Part shown: in pieces, positions 46,344 to 58,125 of the stretch | Layout of the letters: each line of letters begins with the position of its first letter | Position numbering within the stretch: position 1 is the first letter of the stretch | From: Lama guanicoe | Taxonomy: Eukaryota | Length of the DNA: 64,000 nt | Direction: 5' to 3' | NCBI GenBank assembly: GCA_013239625.1 | Contig: MU054338.1 | Location: 374,001-438,000 of the forward strand | The notes under the pieces: generated by a model | Seen by the model: the letters and a program-made list of their open reading frames with translations, nothing else | The model's database searches: none | Told to the model about the DNA's origin: nothing | Translations under genes and position numbers: made by a program

Positions 46344-48299
46344 TACTCTTCTCATTTTAAAAGAAGTTAAAATTACATTTTCATAGACCCTGGCTCACCC
46401 AGGGGCCAGGTGTGGGTGACAGGAGAAGGAGCTTCGATGGTTTCAGGCTGGGCCCAGCAACCCCTCCAGGCTTTTTTTGCCCTTTGAGATTGAGATGCTG
46501 ACTAGTTCAAGTTGCCCTCCACCTCTGTGTAGACAGACACCAGAAATTCTGTGGGATGAGGAGAGAAGAGACACATGAATTCATTCCCTGACCCAGTGTG
46601 ACTGGCACACCTACTGTGTGTCAGACCCTGACTCAGGACTGGAGGCGCAGGCAGCCCAGATCAAGGCTGAGTAGGTAAATAAACACAGCTGTGGTGTCAT
46701 GGGAGCACCCTGATGAACATACAACAGGGTGATGTGATGGGGCCTCCCCTAACACTGAGCTGAGGCTCCTGTTTGAATGGGAAAACCTGAGGAAGGGCAC
46801 TCCAGGCAGCGGGAATGGCCAGTGCAAAGGCCCCGAGATGGGAATATGTTTGAGGAGGAATCTATGTGGGAAGGTGGGCAGTTTGGGATCTGGGTGAACT
46901 TTTAAGTAGATGCCCCTCAGCTCTGAGTGGCGGGAAAGGATGAATGACTGATTGTGGGGCTCAGTGAGGATAGGGTTGGTTTTTACAGGGGCCCCGCAAG
47001 CCACACTGGACAGGAAACATAAGGCTGGGGTTACTGTACCCATTTCCCAGCTTGAGAAACAGAGACCAGAGAGGGGTCTACTACCCTATCCTAACATCAC
47101 CCAGCCAGGGCCAGGTGGAACCTGGGCCTGCTGCCCATGCCTGGTTGAGCCAGCAGGTCTAGTATCAATTCCCAGCTCCCTCTCTGAGCTAAAAATAGGA
47201 TCCCCCCCTCACCGGAGTCAGCTGGGAATCCAGCAGCCCCTCACCCTCCTGGGCCAGGCACCTCTGGGGAAGTTGCACCCAACTGCTCAGAGACAACCAC
47301 TGCCCTCTGGGAAATGGGGGCAGGGGCAGCACCCCTCCTGCCCTTCAGGAGATCCTCCCTCCCTGTCCCCTGCCCTGAGAACAGAGGGGAATGTAATCCT
47401 CAAAACTACTGTAGAAGAAGTAAATTAATATTGACCCACTTTACAGAGGGGGAAACTGAGGCACAGGGAGGCCCATGAACCTGCCCAGGATGGGGAAGGG
47501 CTTGTATTCTGATCTGTCTCTTTGGTGGGGAGGGGGCTTTCTTGCACTTTGTAACTGACCTGGGGCCTGGCCCTTCAGGGGTGGCTTCCCTCCTCCAGCT
47601 CCCCACCTTGGGGCAGATGTCTGGGCCCCTCTGGTGGTGTTGGACGTTTAATAGCCTCATGGTGGAGGTTGCCCTGCCATCTGCTGCCATTAGGCTCCAC
47701 ACAGCCCAGGGGCTGGGATGCTGGGTTTCTGAAAGGAGCAGGCAGATCTCTGGCCCTGGGTCAGGGGACAGCACCCCCACCCTCTGCCCTGTCCCTTGGG
47801 CTTGGGAATCCCCCAGAGAGCTAGCCTGCTATTGAGGGGGATGATGTGGGGTGGGGAGGGAGGACCCCCAGAAAATAGCAGCACTGTGCTCTGGGGGGGG
47901 CTGTACACAACCCCCCCCAACGCAAGATCAGGGACTCCAGTCCTTCCAGAAATTGGGGCCCTCTGGGTGGCCCCTGCCTGCCCTCCAAGCTCCCACTTGA
48001 CTCTTATCTGGGCTGGAGCCTGGGCCCTTGCGATTAGCTCCCAGCAGTGGCCTCAGGGGCTGAGACCTCCTACTTGAGTTCACATGCCCACCCCCACATT
48101 CCCCTTAACCTTAACCTAGGCCAGGCCTCAGTTTCCCACTCTCAGAAATGGAGAGTCTCTGCTACACCAAGAGGTGAGCCTCATGCGTTGGGCATATGGT
48201 GGGGCAACCAAGGGCTCAGAATATGGAAATTACTGTTGAACTATTATTACCAAGATGATAACCTCGTTTCTCCTCTTAGACAGTGTGGGTTATCAGGTT

Positions 48300-50050
48300 C
48301 CCAAGAGGTGGTAACTGTCGGGGGTAGGGGTCATCAAGATTTCGCGACGTGCCCTCTGGAGGGATCCAGGACGCACTCGCCCACCCCTACGACTTTGCCA
48401 AGTCCGTGCCCCTCTCTTGGCAGCCGCGCTCCGCCACCCCCCCATCGTGCAGCGCCCCCATCGCGGGGCCTCAGTTCCCTCTCTCCGACCCCGCCCCGCT
48501 CTCTTTTCCCATCACCGCAAATCCTTCCTTTACCAGGTCTCTAATCCCCATTTTACAGACTTGGAAACAGAGGCACCGCTCTAGGGGGTAAAGTCACTCC
48601 GGCGGGTTCTTCAGCCTAAGGGGCAGGGGTGAAACTCCGAGCCCAGGACTTCCGTACTAGGTGCTCAGTAAGATGGCGAAGGGGGTCTCCGACCAGGCTC
48701 GGATCCCCTAAGACCTTCCACGCGGAGGCCCAATCTCTTCCCCTCCCCCAGCCCAGGGCGCTCCCAACCCCGCCCGCACCCTAGGCGCCCTGTGCGCTCC
48801 CGGCTGCGGTGCGCACTTTGCCCACCGTCCCTAGATAGGGGGCGGGGCATTCCGCGTCCCGGTTCCCCTTCCCTTTTATTATTTATTATCCTTTAAAGGG
48901 GCCGCGACCTGAAAATTTCCGTCCACTCTCTCCCCCTCCCCAACACCCCTGAGCTAGTCGTGCATCGTCGGACAGAACGCCGGGGGCGAGGGGGCGTCCG
49001 GGAAGGGGGAGGGGGCCTCGCGAGACCCCTCCCCGCATCCTGGGCCGCGGTGCTGAATCACCGGCGAGGTATTTGCATCTGAGAGCGATTTGTCACCCGG
49101 TGATTTGTCTGCGGGGCGGTGAGCGCGCCGGTCGGGGGGGGGAGGGGAACTCGGCCGGCGTCTTGGTGAGTCGGCGCGCGGCACAAACCCGGCGGTGGCC
49201 GGGAGCCAGTAGCGCGCAGCTTGCGGCCCGGGCCGGAGGCCAGGCGCGGCCGGGGCAGGGCCGGACGCCAGGCGTGGGGCATGCGCCCCACGAGCGGGCC
49301 CTGCGCCCCCCGAGCGGGCCCTGCGCGGTGAGGCTGGGGCGAGGGGTGGGCCGGCCTTTTAAATCGTGGGTTCCATCCCGGGTGGGTGCTGTGCGCCCTG
49401 GAAGCCAATGAGGGGGGTCCCCAAAGTTGGTCAGGGACGTGGGTGGGGGTCCAGGGCCGGGAAGGCGGTCCCAGTGGGTCAGAGTTGGGGTGTTTTTCTC
49501 TGCGCCCCCCTTGAAGACCTCACCCCTTACCATGTTGCACCCAGGCGGGTCCGGGGGTGATCGGGGGTCGCGAGTGCGCGCCCCCACCCTCCAGCGGAAG
49601 GAAATGGTCTCTATGCGCGCGCGAGGGGCTAAGCTCTGGGTTATTTCATTTTTTTCCTCCCTGAAATTGGATGTTTCATTTGGGATCCCCAAGGGGAGTG
49701 GGAGCGCCGGGTGGGGAGGGCAGTTCCCTGGCGACCCTCCCCAGCTTGGATGGTTTATTTATAAAGTGTCGGTTCCGGGGCAGAAAGGGGCCCCGGAGGG
49801 AACACCATCGTGACTCCGTCCCGGGGTGGGCTCGGCCCGAGCCCTGGCTCTCTGGTGAGGATCCTCGGGAAAAGGCCCCCCTGTCCCGTTCAGTGCCCCC
49901 CAGACACAAAAGCGGGCGCAGGAAGCGCGGGGAGCGCGCGTTGGTCAATTCCAACGTTCGGCGGACCTGGGCGGCCGGTTTGTCAATAACCTTCCGTTTT
50001 TAGTGGCCCGGCCTGGAGGGCTTGCCCCCCCACCATGCAAATCTGCCGCT
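48300..50050 (+). promoter_or_regulatory. ARID3A CpG-island promoter and probable non-coding exon 1 (donor after 49165)
   Basis: CpG-dense; TTG|GTGAGT donor at 49166; octamer at 49071-49078; next acceptor CCCCCCAG at 52510. Confidence 0.65.
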
Positions 50051-52768
50051 TTCCAAGAAGCCTTTGAAATCGGACTGGGGTTTCTGTCTCCTTATTTCTT
50101 CTCTTCTTAAGTGTTTCTTTTCTCACTTCCTCCAGACCGCCCCCGCTGGACTCTGCTAGCCCCCTCCCCAGGTCTCTGCCCCGCCCTCCCCCTTCTCTTC
50201 CTTTGGTGGAGTGAGGGCCCCCTTTCGCCACCCGCGGGCCCCAGCCTTGCACAACTCTTTAAATAACCGTGTTTTGCAAGCCCTGGGCTGAGCGGGTGAC
50301 CTCTCTCTCCCCGGGAGGCATTGGGGGGGAGGGTGTGGCCCCAGATTCCTCCCCGCCCCTCCAGCCAGGTCCCAACGACCACCCAGCACCCCCATCCCCC
50401 CTAGTCCCTGCCAGGGAATGCCTCTCCCCTGGGGTTGTCATAAAGTGGGGGTAGGGCCGAGGACAAAGGGCTCTTGGGGGGAGGGGTCTGGAGGGGGGCG
50501 GGCGTCACCCGCTTAGGGTTAATGGCGGCCATGGGGGGGTCCTGCCCGGGCCCAGGGGGCTCTAGGGTTCCCACCTGCCCCCTCCACCAGCCCCAGCGTG
50601 GAGGCCTGCCCTGCTCCCCTCCCCCACCGTGGACCCGGAAGGGTCATTAAACCCAGCAGGCCTGGGGAGGGGGATGGCGTGGGGGGAGTGGCTTCCTCTG
50701 GCCTCTTCCTTCTGCCCCCCAAAGAGGGGGGCGTTGCCCAGAGCGTTTCCGTGAGGAGGGGGGGACTCATCTTGAAGTTGTCAAAGGTGGGGGAGGGGCG
50801 GCAGACCAGACTAGACACTGGGTGAGAAATGTCCCCTCAGCACTTCTTGGGGCTGGTGCTGGGGGTGACCGCCTGCCCCTGGGGGGTGGGGGCTGGGTGC
50901 TATTCTGCTGCTTCTAAGGACAGGCTAGCCTGGTCACTCTCCAGCGCTATGGCCTCGGAGAGGGCCTTTGTGCCCTGGGACCCCTGCCCCTGTTGGATCC
51001 TGAGGCCCTCCCAGGACAGGTCCCTGCCCACTTTCCCACAGGGGCGGCTCACCTGCATCCCCCACCGTCCTTTCACCCATCCTGCTGGAAGCCCCAGGGA
51101 CCGGGGAAAGGGCCCCTCCTGTGACTGGGAAGGCTGGAAGGGTCTCCCCAGGGTGGGGTCAGACTTCTTTCTCTTAGCAGGTCAGGGGAGGGGTTGGGAG
51201 GGTGGCCAGGCTGGTCAGTGTCAGCCAGCTACCAGGAGCCTCTAGCATCCAGCACCCACTGTGTGTCAGCCCCTTCCTGTGTGTGGGCCCCCTGTGCTCC
51301 AGGAGCTGTTCAAGATCCTTAGGGGATTCATTTGCTGGGTTAGGGGTGGCTTCTGGACTCCCCTGCTGCCCCCACTGTCCCAGTGATGTACCATCTGGGG
51401 TGTCACTGCCAGACCTGTTGGGTTCTGCCTGGTCTGTTTTATTGGCAGCCTGGGCGGCTGGAGGTGTGGCCTGGGCTTGGGTGGGGGGCCGGGACAGGAC
51501 CTGCGTCATCCTCCTGTCCTTGGTGGTGCCCCGCTGTGCCAGGCTCTGGGATGTCCATGCCCAGAGCCCACCCAAGGCCTTGGCAGCAAGGGTTGGCTGG
51601 GGTCCAAGGGGACCCTAGGCTAGGGGCAGAGTGCATTGCATTCTGGGCCATCGGCCTCACCTGGGGTCCCAAAGGGCAGGGGAACTCCCTGCAGAGAGCA
51701 CGTGGGGGCTGTGTGGGAGGCTCTGATGTCACCCAGCCCTGGGTTCAAATCCCAGCCCTGCCCGGAACCTGCTGTGTGTCCTCCAGGGGGTCGCCTCCCA
51801 GCCTGCTTTCCTCGTTGGTGAACCGGGGGCCATCTGTCCCTCCTTCCTCAACACCAGTGTGGTGCCTGCTGTGCCCGCCTCCCGTCTGTGCCATCATAGA
51901 CTCGCTTCATCCTGCCTGGGCACAGGAAGGTGGGCGCCTTTTAGGGCACCACTGTGCCAATGGGGAAACTGAGGTCTAGCGAAGTTGAGGTTTAGGGATG
52001 GGATGAGAGCCTGAGTGGGGGCTGCAGCTCAGAGCCCATAAACAGCAAGTGCCTCTTGGGCAGACAGCGTGCCTGTGAGAGAGGAAGGTGCCTGGCACTC
52101 CCTGGACCGGGGAACTCGGAACCAGAACCCAGAATGCACCTGGACTCTGGTCCCTGGTAGCCAATCAGAGGCCAGAAACGCCCTGTCCCCCTGCTCTGTT
52201 TATGAAACCACAATCCAAGTCTTCCACCACGACTGTGTGTTTCTGTGTGGCCCAGACTGGTGGGGGCCCCCTCAAGACCCTCAGGAGCCCAGAGTGGGGT
52301 GACCCCACTTCCTAGGCCACTGGAGGGTGGACAGAGAGGGGGCGGATGGGGAGAGCATGCTCCTCCACCTCCAGGGGAGGCCTCCGGGCTTGCACCCTGG
52401 TGGACATGGATGGAAAGGATTTTCCAAGAGGCCTTGGGGGTCTGACTTCAGTGGGGAGGATGGGGCTGAGGAGCCCAGGGGTGGTCTGACGGTCTCTCTT
52501 GTCCCCCCAGGTTTCTGCAAACGTGAATGAGCCACACACCAGCCGCTGCCCCTGGGTGCCCTGTGTGAGGAGGCAGTGCCCGCCTGCCGCTGGCATGCCC
52601 CGCCAGCCCTCAGCCTGAGTCCGGCGGCCCTCGCCCCTGCCCCCCGCCACCCTGCCCTGCCCCGGCTCCCCCGCGGCCCCCACACTGCAGTGCGGCCGGG
52701 CCCCCTCCCCACAGGGGCCGCCCCCGCCGCCCACCCCTGGTGCCCGGGGCGGCCCGGCCCGCAGGGCC

Positions 52769-54433
52769 ATGAAGCTGCAGGCTGTGATGGAGACGCTCCT
52801 GCAGCGGCAGCAGCGGGCACGCCAGGAGCTGGAGGCCCGGCAGCCACAGCCGCCACCGCCTGAGCCCCCAGCTGGCCCCCCGGCCCGCACCCGGGCCGCC
52901 CCGGACGAGGACAGAGAGCCTGACAATGCACGAATGCAGCGGGCACAGATGGCCGCGCTGGCCGCCATGCGGGCTGCGGCTGCCGGCCTCGGACACGCGC
53001 CCAGCCCCAGCGGCTCCGAGGATGGGCCCGCCGGCTCGGAGGACGAGGACGCTGCCCAGGAGGGGGCACCCGGCTCTCCCGGCCCGCCTGGCCGAGGCAG
53101 GGAGGCGGTGGGACTTCCTGAAGGCGACGGACACTTCGAGGACACAGGCTCCGACGATGACCTGTGAGTTGGGGTTTCTGGGGTTCACCCTGAATGAGCA
53201 TTTAATGAGCACTTGCTGGGTGCCAGGCTGCTCGAGCCCTGGGGATACAGCGACAGAGGGGGGACAAAAGCCCTGTCCTGCTGACCACCAAGAGCGTCCG
53301 TCCTTTAGAGCTTTCTGGGTGACTAGGGACCTTTCTCCACCTGCACCACCCGGGGTGGGAGCCACCTGTGTTCCATGGCTGACAAGCATTTGAAATGTGG
53401 CCGGTGTGGCCGGGGATCTGCCTTTGTAGCTTTATTTCAACCTGAACCGAACTAGCTGTGTGTGGCCAGCGGCCCCTGTCGCCTGCCTGCGACAGATTAG
53501 GAACCTTCACTAGTGGGCATTGATTGGCTCACGGATGCATCCCACCAGGTCTGATGCGCGCCCCGAGCTGGTGCTGCTGAGACCCTGCTGGGGTCCTTCT
53601 CGGCAGACACTTAACGAGCGAGGAAGCAGGCTGAGGCTGAGGCCAGCGAGAATATAAAGCAGGGGTCTTGGAGCAGGTGGCTAGGGGTGGGCTCAGCTTT
53701 CAGGAGTGGTGAGGGGAGGCCTCCCTGCCCCAGTGACAGCCCCTAGGGAGGGCAAGGGGGGAGCAGGGAACAGCATGCCTGGTGGAGGGAACAGCCTGAG
53801 CAAAGGCCCTGAGGCAGGAGCTGGGTCAACATTTTGGAGACCCAGTGAGGAAGCTACTGCAGTGTGGTCAGGGAAGGGGATTTGGGCTTAGCAGTTGGGC
53901 TGGGGGGCTGGGGTTTCTACCAAAGGGTCACCTCTAGTTGTTCTGGGCTAATTGGGAACAAGAACGACATGTCTCAGGCCCTAAACAGGTCATGCTCACA
54001 GGCCCTCTCGGCCGCCAGAGCAGTTGGGGGCTGCTCTCCCACGTCCAGAGAGGGAAACAGGCTGGAGGGGTGAGCTGGGGCCTCCTCCCCTAACCCCCTG
54101 CCCTGTGTCTGCCCCAGGAAGCCGAAATGGGAAGACGAGGAGGAGGAGCTGGAGGAAGATCTGGGGGACGAGGAGGAGGACGAGGAGGAGGAGGACTACG
54201 GGGAGGAGGAGGGGCTCGGGCCCCCTGGCTCTGCTAGCCTCGGCCCCACAGCCCTGTTCCCCCGCAAGGCCCAGCCGCTCCAGGCCTTCCGCAGCGATGG
54301 CGGGCCGAGAGCACTGGGCGGCCAGGAGCGCCCGGGGTCTGGCCCGGCCCACCCCGGAGGGGCTGCCCACATAGCGCCCCAGCTGCAGCCGCCTGACCAT
54401 GGGGACTGGACGTACGAAGAGCAGTTCAAGCAG
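52769..54433 (+). CDS. ARID3A: AT-rich interaction domain 3A (Bright/DRIL1), first two coding exons; partial, continues beyond the window
   Basis: Coding exons 52769-53163 and 54118-54433 (237 codons): MKLQAVMETLLQRQQRARQELEARQ, RAQMAALAAMRAAAAGLGH, acidic tract, DHGDWTYEEQFKQ then a GT donor; 54434-64000 is intron. Confidence 0.95.
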
Positions 54434-57304
54434 GTGGGCTGTGCGTCAAAATGGGGGCACGAGGTTGCTGCTGGGGTCCTTCTAACTGGCCCGGGATAGC
54501 AGGGCATTTGCTGGCTGCGGGCTGGGCACTGGGGATCCTGTAGGAGCCACAAGGGAGATTGTATTCTGTGGGTGGGCGGGGACGGCCATTAGATGCGGGG
54601 ATGTGTGGATACGTGAGGACACAAGGTGGGCGGTGGAGTTTGGGTGTCTGCGCCAGCACCAGACAGGGAAACGACCTCTCCTCAGGCCGTGTGACTGGCC
54701 GGGGCCCCTTGTGGGTCGTGGTGAGGCCCGCGGCAGTGGCCAGGGCTCAGGGACGCGGGGCCAGAGGCCTTGTCATTGTGTGGAGGCTGGTCTCTCCAGG
54801 TTGCGGCTGTGGAGGTTGGGCTGAGACAAGGGTGGCCATGTCAGTGCGGACAGCCCCGCGGATGGTGGCTCCCTGGGGCTCTGGAGGGGTGGGGAGGAAG
54901 CGGGCGCCCGGGTGCCTTCCCCGCGGGTGGCTAGGGCAGAGGAAGTGGCCAGGCAGCCGATCCTTTGAAGTTGGGCCGGGCAGATGGAAACCAGATGGCG
55001 GCCAGGGCGGCCGGCTGGGCTTGCGTTCCAGCCTGAGGCCAGCTGGGCCCTGCCCCGACCTCTGAGAGTGGACGGTGAGGACCTGGCCTCCCCGGCCTGG
55101 CGCCTGAGCCTCATCTGGGGTGCATGGGAGCCGGGAGGTGACCGTGTGCAGCCTTGGGTCATCCCCCTCCCCGTGCTGGTGTGCAGAATGGGCAGTGGGA
55201 CCCTCCGGAGGGCGCAGGAGGCCGGGCCACCGTGTGGGGCCTCTGCTGTCAACCCCACTTGGGGAAAGGGCACTGGGACCCCAGCGGAACTCAGGTAAAG
55301 CGCAGGACTGGAAAGTGGACGCACGGCATGAAGGGGACCGCCCAAAGGCTGACGGGGCAATAGGAGATATCTAGGCAGGAGGAGATGGTGCCCTGGGGTG
55401 GGCATGGCCAGGACAGAGGCCTGGGGGCAGGAGGTCAGCTTCAAGGAATGGGAAGGAGGGTTAATCCCCTGCCCAGGCATCTCGGGCTAGGTGGGGCCCC
55501 AGCTTCCCACTGGGTCCTGGCACCGTGGTGGTGCCGGAGGTGGAGTGACACACAGCAGACGTCACCTCCTTAGGGCGTGGCCAGCCGCACCCTTCAGCCT
55601 GGGAGGCTCTGCCCCTGTGGGTGGACACCAGCCTGCGCTGGTACCCTGGATTCAGGGCTGCCCAGCTCCCTGCCTCAGTTTCCCTCCCCTTCCCAAGGAG
55701 CCCCTCGTGGCTGGGCTGTTGTCATCTGGCCTGTAGATGAGAAAACACGGGCGAGGCACTGGGGGGGCGGGTTTCCCAGAACTGGGCTCCTTGATGTTCT
55801 TCAGGGTCAAAATAACGCAGACCGGAACCTTATGGGCGAATTATCTTTATGGATTCACTGGATTTTTGCCATCTGCCCTGAACTTCTCTCTTGGGCAGCC
55901 CCAGGCTGGGGGGCCAGAGCTGGACAGACACCCGCCACCTCATAGGGTCATGGCCGGACCGGAGCCCTTGTGGGGTTGGAGGTCGACCAGCAGCCCCAGC
56001 CACAGGGCCCAGTGCTGGTGGGAGGGGGATTTCAGGTGGCCAGCGGGGCAGAGTCCAGGGGTCAGGTGCCCTGACTTCACAACCCCTTCAGCATGTCCAG
56101 AACAAGGGGCCTCCGGGAGCCATTGTCCTTCTTGTCTGGGACGTGATGATCACGTCCTGCTGATGCCCAGGGTCGATTTGTGGATGGGGAAATTGAGGCC
56201 AGAGGAAGTCAGGGGACCCGTGTCACACAGTCAGGCTCGTGCCTATGGAGTCCCCGCTAGCTGCCCGGCTCCCCTGCTGTGGGGCAGGGACAATTGGTAA
56301 GCAAATGGATAGGAAGGCCAAGGTGGTCGTGGTGCGGTCGGGGGTTGAGATGTGGCTGGGCACCCAGCTGGGGAGGCGGGTAAGGCCCCTCAGGATATGG
56401 CGTTTGGGCCGAGTCTCATAGGAGGAGCCAGGCACTACACGGAGGAATGATGGTGTAGCTGGCAGAGGAAATGGCCCGTGCAAAGGCCCTGAGGTAGGAC
56501 GCAGCTTGGCTTGTGTGTGGAGGCCAGACGCCACCAGGCTGGGTCCCAAAGGGAATGGGCCTGGATTCCAAGACGGTGAGGGCTGAGGGAGGTTATGGTC
56601 AGGTGAGGGGCTGCCTTGCAGTGCTGGGATCTTCTTCCTGTCCATTTGTGAAAGGTCCAGCGGCCGGCGCTGCCCTCCAGCCCAGCTGGCCAGGCACCTG
56701 TGCAGCCAGTGTCAACAGTGGCCCGGGCCCAGCCGGCCCAGCAGATGTCGGGGCCATGTTGACTCTGGCGCCTGCCCCACCCCCTTCCTGGCACGTGGCA
56801 GCCAGGCCAGCCAGCCTCCTGCTTGGCACCACCTCTGCTTCTTCCTCCCTGGTCTTGGCAGGGCCTGGGGCTGACTTCCGCCCAAAAAACCCTCGACAGC
56901 CGTGAAATTACGCCATCGGCGATGGGGTCTGGGGGGCAGCCAGGCAGGGGAGGGGCCAGGAGCTTCAGGCTCATGGCCATGGAATCTTCCCTTGAAAGCT
57001 GGGAGCAGCGCTGCTGTGGGGCCCCAGGGGCGTGTGCGGGGTTGGCCGCTGTTGTCCCGGGTCCGTGTGTCGCGCATGGTGATCAGGATCTCAGCCTGCT
57101 GCGGTCACATGTGGCATTTGGTGATATCCCGGTGGCTTCGGGTCACTAGCAGGGCTGCGCCTGGGCTCTCGAGAGTACCACCGAGGAATTTTAAGCCGGC
57201 AGATGCTGAATAACAGCTTGTCAGCCACTTTTAAGGGTTTGAATCCTCAGTCTCCACGACGCACGTGAACTCTGGGACTTCCGTTGACAGTTTCATCGAC
57301 GTAA

Positions 57305-58125
57305 AAGTCACAGAGCACGATTCCCCCACTGAAGATGCAAGTCAGTGGTTTTAGTACATTCACAGGGCTGTAGGGCATCACCACGGGCAACCTTAGGATG
57401 TTTCCATCTCTTCAAGGATAAACCTTCCAAAATGCCCCCTTTAGCTGCTACCCTTGTCCCCTTCCCCAGCCCAGCAGCCAGGAACCCACTGTTCACCCCT
57501 GGGGACTGGCCTGTTCTGGACGTTTCACGTCCATGGACTCACACGCTGTGTGTCCTTCTGTGTCTGCTTCTCTCACTGAGCACCGTGTTCTCAGGGTACG
57601 TCCACGTAGGAACAGGTGTCAGGGCTGCTCTCCTTTTCATGGCTGAGTAATATTCCATTCGGTTTTTTGGGGGGGGTGGAAAGGAAGGTAATTAGGTTTA
57701 CTTATTTTTAGAGGAGGTACTGGGGATTGAACCCAGGACCTTTTGTATGCTAAGCACATGCTCCCACTGAGCTGTACCCTCCCCCATGTTCTATTAGATG
57801 TGCGTATACCACGTTGTATTTATCCACTCGTCCACCAATGGACACTTGGGTTGTTTCTTCCTTTGGCTGCCATGAACACGTGTGTACGAGTTTTACACAA
57901 ATGTGTGTACCCAGGAGGGGGGCTGCTGCGTCACATGGGAACTCTGCATTTAACCCACTGGGAGCTGTGGTCGTTCACGGCGGCAGCTGCATTTTGTATC
58001 CCCAGCAGCCACACAAGGGTTCCAGTTTCTCCACGTCGCCACTGGCCCTTGTGGTTATGACTCTGACTCCAGCCGTCCGGTGGGGGTGGTGCGTTATCTC
58101 ACTGTGGTTTTGATTTGCATTAAAT
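57305..58125 (-). mobile_element. L1MB-type relic carrying a nested SINE
   Basis: TTTTCATGGCTGAGTAATATTCCATT, GGACACTTGGGTTGTTTC, CTCACTGTGGTTTTGATTTGCATT. Confidence 0.8.
57663..57785 (-). mobile_element. tRNA-derived SINE nested in L1
   Basis: GGAGGTACTGGGGATTGAACCCAGGACC...ATGCTAAGCACATGCT...CTGAGCTGTACCCTCCCC. Confidence 0.85.

Noticed and set aside
52769..53163. ARID3A coding exon ~27 nt longer than the recalled human exon
   Set aside because: The extra length is spread over several small in-frame indels in disordered Pro/Gly sequence; ordinary divergence, unrelated to the MED16 loss
52281..53389. Long antisense ORFs (306, 277, 259 aa) over ARID3A exon 2
   Set aside because: Expected shadows of a GC-rich coding exon; no independent splice or promoter evidence
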